In this document: in pieces, positions 28,586-32,000 of the stretch
Position numbering within the stretch: the stretch's first letter is position 1
Layout of the letters: every line of letters starts with the position of its first letter
Assembly (NCBI GenBank): GCA_016700135.1
Contig: CP065004.1
Span: forward strand, 150,001 to 182,000
Reading direction: 5' to 3'
From: Candidatus Saccharimonadota bacterium
GTDB taxonomy: Bacteria > Patescibacteriota > Microgenomatia > UBA1406 > GWC2-37-13
DNA: 32,000 nt
The notes under the pieces: model-generated
What the model was told of the DNA's origin: nothing
The model's database searches: none
Seen by the model: only the letters and a program-made list of their open reading frames with translations
Program-made: the position numbers and the translations under genes

Positions 28586-29181
28586 ATTTCATTGATCTGC
28601 AGGAAAAAAAATATACAATCATCATTGCAGTATCTTCAGTAGTACTGATCCTTATTCTGGTGATATCGGGAATACTGGTCCGAAATCGCAGTAACCCCAC
28701 GGAAACTGTGTCGGGTACGCCAATTAATCCAACGGGCGTACAGACTGCACAGATTTCACCGACTGAAATTCCTGCTAACTATTATGTATTACCTACTCCT
28801 CTATCAGATGAAAATGTGCCGACGGCACCACCAACACCTGTTCCTCAAGAAGGAGATATCATACTAGACGGCATCGCAGTAAACGATTTTAAGGAAAATG
28901 CAGAACGAACTACTGTTGACGGCGATACCGTCCTAGCAGAAACAAGTAATTACCAGATTGTATTTTATGAAAAGACACAGGAGTTTACCATCAGCCTGAT
29001 AGGCACAGATTTTGAAAAATCCAGAATCGCAGCCGAAAATGCTTTCCTCGTAAACCTGGAGATAGATCGTGCGAATGCCTGCAGACTTTTCGTGAATGAA
29101 TATGTGCCCAACACCGTCAACAATGAACACAGCGGTGAAATATTACCCTTAAGTTTCTGCTATCATGAACATGATGAGTAA
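28579..29181 (+). CDS. Single-pass membrane protein, unknown ectodomain (M2)
   Basis: TM YTIIIAVSSVVLILILVISGILV, then a Pro/Thr linker. Overlaps the H2 stop by 7 nt. Confidence 0.7.
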   Translation: MLNFIDLQEKKYTIIIAVSSVVLILILVISGILVRNRSNPTETVSGTPINPTGVQTAQISPTEIPANYYVLPTPLSDENVPTAPPTPVPQEGDIILDGIAVNDFKENAERTTVDGDTVLAETSNYQIVFYEKTQEFTISLIGTDFEKSRIAAENAFLVNLEIDRANACRLFVNEYVPNTVNNEHSGEILPLSFCYHEHDE

Positions 29182-30079
29182 ATTTGTTACCGGAATAGTA
29201 ATTACTTTTGTATTTCTGGTCGTAACCTCTGTAATATTTGCCGAGATGCCTATGATCGATCGGGGAGACGGATATGCCGTTTATCCCACACGAAAGAAAA
29301 CTACAATAGAAAAAATAAAAGAAGTTCCGAAATCTCTTTTTGATTTGTTTGATGGTTCGGGGACCTCTGGGAATAACCAACCCACTCCTATACCAACTTC
29401 CGAAGCGGGCATCACACCGGGTCTAACGCCCGGGGTAAGTACCACACCAATCGACGCTTCAAGCCCGATCGATAATATCCTTCAGGGAAGTGAAGTTACC
29501 TATTCACCCGCAATTATTGCAAGCGTAAGGAACTGTATGACGAATGCGAATGTATATAAAATTGCAGAGCAGCGGACAGGAGTATCATGGAAAATCATCG
29601 CAGGAATTCACTATATGGAAGGGAACTGCGGGAGCAATAAATCCTGCGTCAGCGGCAGACAGCTCGGTGTCAATGAACCCGATCTGTACGGTAATTGTTC
29701 TGGAGGAGGCGGGGAAGGCCGGCCGGTTCCTCTCGGAGGGGGAGGATGCGGTTTTAGGAATCTGGTTGACAGCTGCATCTATGGAGGAAATCACCTCAAA
29801 GGAAAAATTCAGGGAAGAGTTCCTCAAACTCTGCAGGAACTCGCCTATGCGCTGGGAAGATACAACGGACTCGGAAACAGAAACTGCGGAAAAACCCCCT
29901 ATGCACACTGCCCGCCTTCGTTTGACAATGATGATCATATTTACCCGATGAGCCAATTTGATAAGAAGCATGAGACAATGTATCTTGTGTACTGTGCCGA
30001 CTATACGACATGTAATCCGCCGCGAATCTTTCAAAGAATCGGAGCTTTGAGTGTTGCAAGGATCCTGACAAACTTATGA
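29165..30079 (+). CDS. Secreted Cys/Gly-rich protein, possibly a lysozyme-like/lytic transglycosylase (H3)
   Basis: Signal peptide ...TSVIFA, leader EMPMIDRGDGYAVYPT...EKIKEVPKSLFDLFDG, Pro/Thr linker. WKIIAGIHYMEGNCG resembles an SLT-type catalytic Glu context, and there are 12 Cys. The catalytic assignment is tentative. Confidence 0.6.
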   Translation: MNMMSKFVTGIVITFVFLVVTSVIFAEMPMIDRGDGYAVYPTRKKTTIEKIKEVPKSLFDLFDGSGTSGNNQPTPIPTSEAGITPGLTPGVSTTPIDASSPIDNILQGSEVTYSPAIIASVRNCMTNANVYKIAEQRTGVSWKIIAGIHYMEGNCGSNKSCVSGRQLGVNEPDLYGNCSGGGGEGRPVPLGGGGCGFRNLVDSCIYGGNHLKGKIQGRVPQTLQELAYALGRYNGLGNRNCGKTPYAHCPPSFDNDDHIYPMSQFDKKHETMYLVYCADYTTCNPPRIFQRIGALSVARILTNL

Positions 30080-30636
30080 AACTAACTAACAAAAAAATTA
30101 TTATATTGATCTCTGCTCTGGTCGGAGTACTTGTTCTGATAATCTTAATACTGAATGTGATAACACAACGGAAAGAAACCGCTACTCCTGAGACAAATCC
30201 CGAAGTTATAAAGAAGGAAGTACAAAAGGTAATTGAAATTACGGAAGTTCCCCGGGTTCCTGATGAAAAGGGAGGAGGGATTGATACTGATTCTCCTGAA
30301 GTAAAGACCTCCGTTCAGTCATTACAAAAGCTTCAATCAGCGCTTCCCTTTTATAAAATTTTCACAACTGAAGACGGAACAGAAGTCGAAGTTTCCATTC
30401 CTCCTACATCAACAATTTCAAATGAGTGGACTTTACTCGTCCATATTTTCGGCCCGGACTATCAGATTCCCGAAGATTCGTCCGATTATGAGACTCAAAA
30501 ACAAGCATTTCTGGCCGGAGTAAGTGAAGTTATGCTTTTTCTCGAAGAACAGGAAATCAATCCTTCAGAAATAATCATCCAATGGGGCGACAGAGCAATC
30601 ATAGGTGACCGGTCTGCCAAATGGCTTTCGGAATAA
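30076..30636 (+). CDS. Single-pass membrane protein, unknown ectodomain (M3)
   Basis: TM IIILISALVGVLVLIILILNV. ATGA overlap with the H3 stop. Confidence 0.7.
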   Translation: MKLTNKKIIILISALVGVLVLIILILNVITQRKETATPETNPEVIKKEVQKVIEITEVPRVPDEKGGGIDTDSPEVKTSVQSLQKLQSALPFYKIFTTEDGTEVEVSIPPTSTISNEWTLLVHIFGPDYQIPEDSSDYETQKQAFLAGVSEVMLFLEEQEINPSEIIIQWGDRAIIGDRSAKWLSE

Positions 30637-30644
30637 ATCCGTCG

Positions 30645-30674
30645 TTGACTTTCTTTTCCGTTTTGCAGTAGAAT
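30645..30674 (+). promoter_or_regulatory. Sigma70-type promoter, leaderless geometry
   Basis: TTGACT (30645-50), 18 nt, TAGAAT (30669-74), 7 nt, ATG 30682. Confidence 0.55.
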
Positions 30675-30681
30675 GAATTGT

Positions 30682-32000
30682 ATGTTTAAGTATCTGCTTT
30701 TAATGGGTTTTGGATTCTCCAAGTATGCTTTCCATGTCGTGAAACGAATAATGATTGTTTTACTGGTTTTTACCTCAGTTATTTCTTTATTTTTCTTCTT
30801 TAGGCAAGATAAAAAAATTCAGGATAACGCTTCATATATGTCTGTTCAACGAGAAAGAATATATATGAATATCGAAGCTATGAAAAAAGATACTTCATCG
30901 GAAGGTAAAGCAAAACTGTTTGTATATCAAGGATGGATGTGTAACATCATAGGAGAAGCTTGTACCGACAATCCCGAAGATGCAAATATGAACGTCAGAA
31001 ATAGCCTTTCAGGAATCATAACCGGATGGATCACAGCACCGTATGCAAATCCTCCAGCATCCGGGATAGCCTGGCTGAAAGACGGTTTCCGTGATGCTGG
31101 TTTTGTACCGGAGACTTATGCTGCAACGGGAGTGGGCTTCGCATCTATTGCAAGTTATATGGAAATTTGGAAGCTGTTTAGGGATATTGCTTATCTTATC
31201 TTAGTGTTGGTCATGATAACGATAGGATTCATGATAATGTTTAGAGTTAATCTCGGAGGAGCCGCAGTAAGCATTGAGGCTGCCCTCCCACGAATTGTAA
31301 TCGCAATGATTATGATTACATTTTCATTCCCAATAGCAGGTTTCTTGATTGACCTTATGTATACATTAATCGCCATTAGCGTTGGTTTATTCTTTGATGT
31401 TGCGATTCAACAAGATGCTCTTACAGGCGAATATTCCTCTGCAAAGGAATATCTCAATCAGTATATGACAGCCGGTATTTGGCAAATCTGGCCAGACGGC
31501 GGTGGTACATATTTTTCCGTAGGTAACAGTTTATGGAGACTCATGCCAGCATCAGTACAAAACATGTTTCATATTGCAATGGTTGTACCGCTTGCAGTTA
31601 CTGCTGCTGATAAGTTCGGATGGATGACAGGTAAAATTGCAGACTTATTTAAGGGACTCTCCCTTGCCGGATTTAGTTCTGGAAACTTGGCAGGTATTCC
31701 GCATGTGGTCTTATTATCAGTACTCTTCGGAGCATTAGTTATATGGGGACCCGGATTAATTTTTGGGGGAATTATTATGCTCACAGTGCTACTCTTTGTA
31801 TTCCGGATATTTTTTATGCTGCTCGAGTCTTATATTAAAATTTTACTTTACATTATTTTTGCGCCAATTATTTTGCTCTTTAGCGCTATACCAGGAAACG
31901 GAAATATCGGCTGGTGGTTACGAAACCTTATAGGAGAGCTTATAACATTTCCAACAGTAATTGTCCTTACACTAGTAGGCAACGCCGTTCTCGCAGTGAA
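30682..32000 (+). CDS. Polytopic membrane protein, VirB6/TrbL-like candidate (3' end beyond the window)
   Basis: Own translation of frame 1, with no stop to nt 32000 and so absent from the ORF track: MFKYLLLMGFGFSKYAFHVVKRIMIVLLVFTSV...FRIFFMLLESYIKILLYIIFAPIILLFSAIPGNGNIGWWLRNLIGELITFPTVIVLTLVGNAVLAV. At least 6 hydrophobic helices. Confidence 0.7.
   Translation, partial: MFKYLLLMGFGFSKYAFHVVKRIMIVLLVFTSVISLFFFFRQDKKIQDNASYMSVQRERIYMNIEAMKKDTSSEGKAKLFVYQGWMCNIIGEACTDNPEDANMNVRNSLSGIITGWITAPYANPPASGIAWLKDGFRDAGFVPETYAATGVGFASIASYMEIWKLFRDIAYLILVLVMITIGFMIMFRVNLGGAAVSIEAALPRIVIAMIMITFSFPIAGFLIDLMYTLIAISVGLFFDVAIQQDALTGEYSSAKEYLNQYMTAGIWQIWPDGGGTYFSVGNSLWRLMPASVQNMFHIAMVVPLAVTAADKFGWMTGKIADLFKGLSLAGFSSGNLAGIPHVVLLSVLFGALVIWGPGLIFGGIIMLTVLLFVFRIFFMLLESYIKILLYIIFAPIILLFSAIPGNGNIGWWLRNLIGELITFPTVIVLTLVGNAVLAV

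Noticed and set aside
29544-30092. ORFs 29544..29951 (+), 29585..30034 (-) and 29796..30092 (-)
   Set aside because: They overlap the H3 gene in its GC-richer part. H3 has a signal peptide, the conserved leader and translational coupling, and these ORFs have none of those.

Overview
32-kb window from a moderately AT-rich bacterial genome. The gene content suggests a Patescibacteria/CPR-like organism, but that is inference only: several unusual gene fusions, an archaeal-type UMP kinase, a two-helix T4SS-type pilin, a VirB6/TrbL-like protein, and promoters placed for leaderless mRNAs. (1) nt 1-11450 is mostly housekeeping: fusA 3' part, a metallophosphoesterase, two HhH-GPD DNA glycosylases, a 775-aa PT-repeat surface protein, an SF1 RecD-like helicase, ZIP transporter, SDR, flavodoxin, hsp20 behind a CIRCE-like operator, and a bPH-domain membrane protein. 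(2) nt 11501-16104 is a ~4.6-kb AT-rich island next to tRNA-Ser(CGA). It carries a C-M-R type II restriction-modification operon, whose methyltransferase has an N-terminal HEAT-repeat domain, and a large serine recombinase. The island is bounded and bisected by long inverted repeats (112 nt and 84 nt) that meet at three junctions sharing a CCGC core. One junction is the exact hybrid of the other two, which looks like att-site or invertible-cassette architecture. (3) nt 16266-20599 holds an HGPRT-like PRTase, recF, a UMP-kinase/SAM-methyltransferase fusion and an RHH/sugar-nucleotidyltransferase fusion. (4) nt 20607-32000 is a divergent two-operon envelope locus and my best candidate for an undescribed system. 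The minus-strand operon encodes an aberrant 1477-aa ClpC-type AAA+ unfoldase, a 50-aa TM peptide, a membrane HExxH protease and a T4SS-type pilin. The ClpC-type protein has a ~300-aa four-repeat insertion exactly where ClpC carries its ClpP-docking loop, N-terminal SYNGIGNP repeats and a C-terminal zinc ribbon. The plus-strand operon has three translationally coupled pairs of secreted peptidoglycan hydrolase plus single-pass membrane partner, followed by a VirB6/TrbL-like polytopic protein that runs off the window. The hydrolases (CHAP, Amidase_2, lysozyme-like) share a conserved N-terminal leader module. All family names come from motif recognition by eye; no database search was run.
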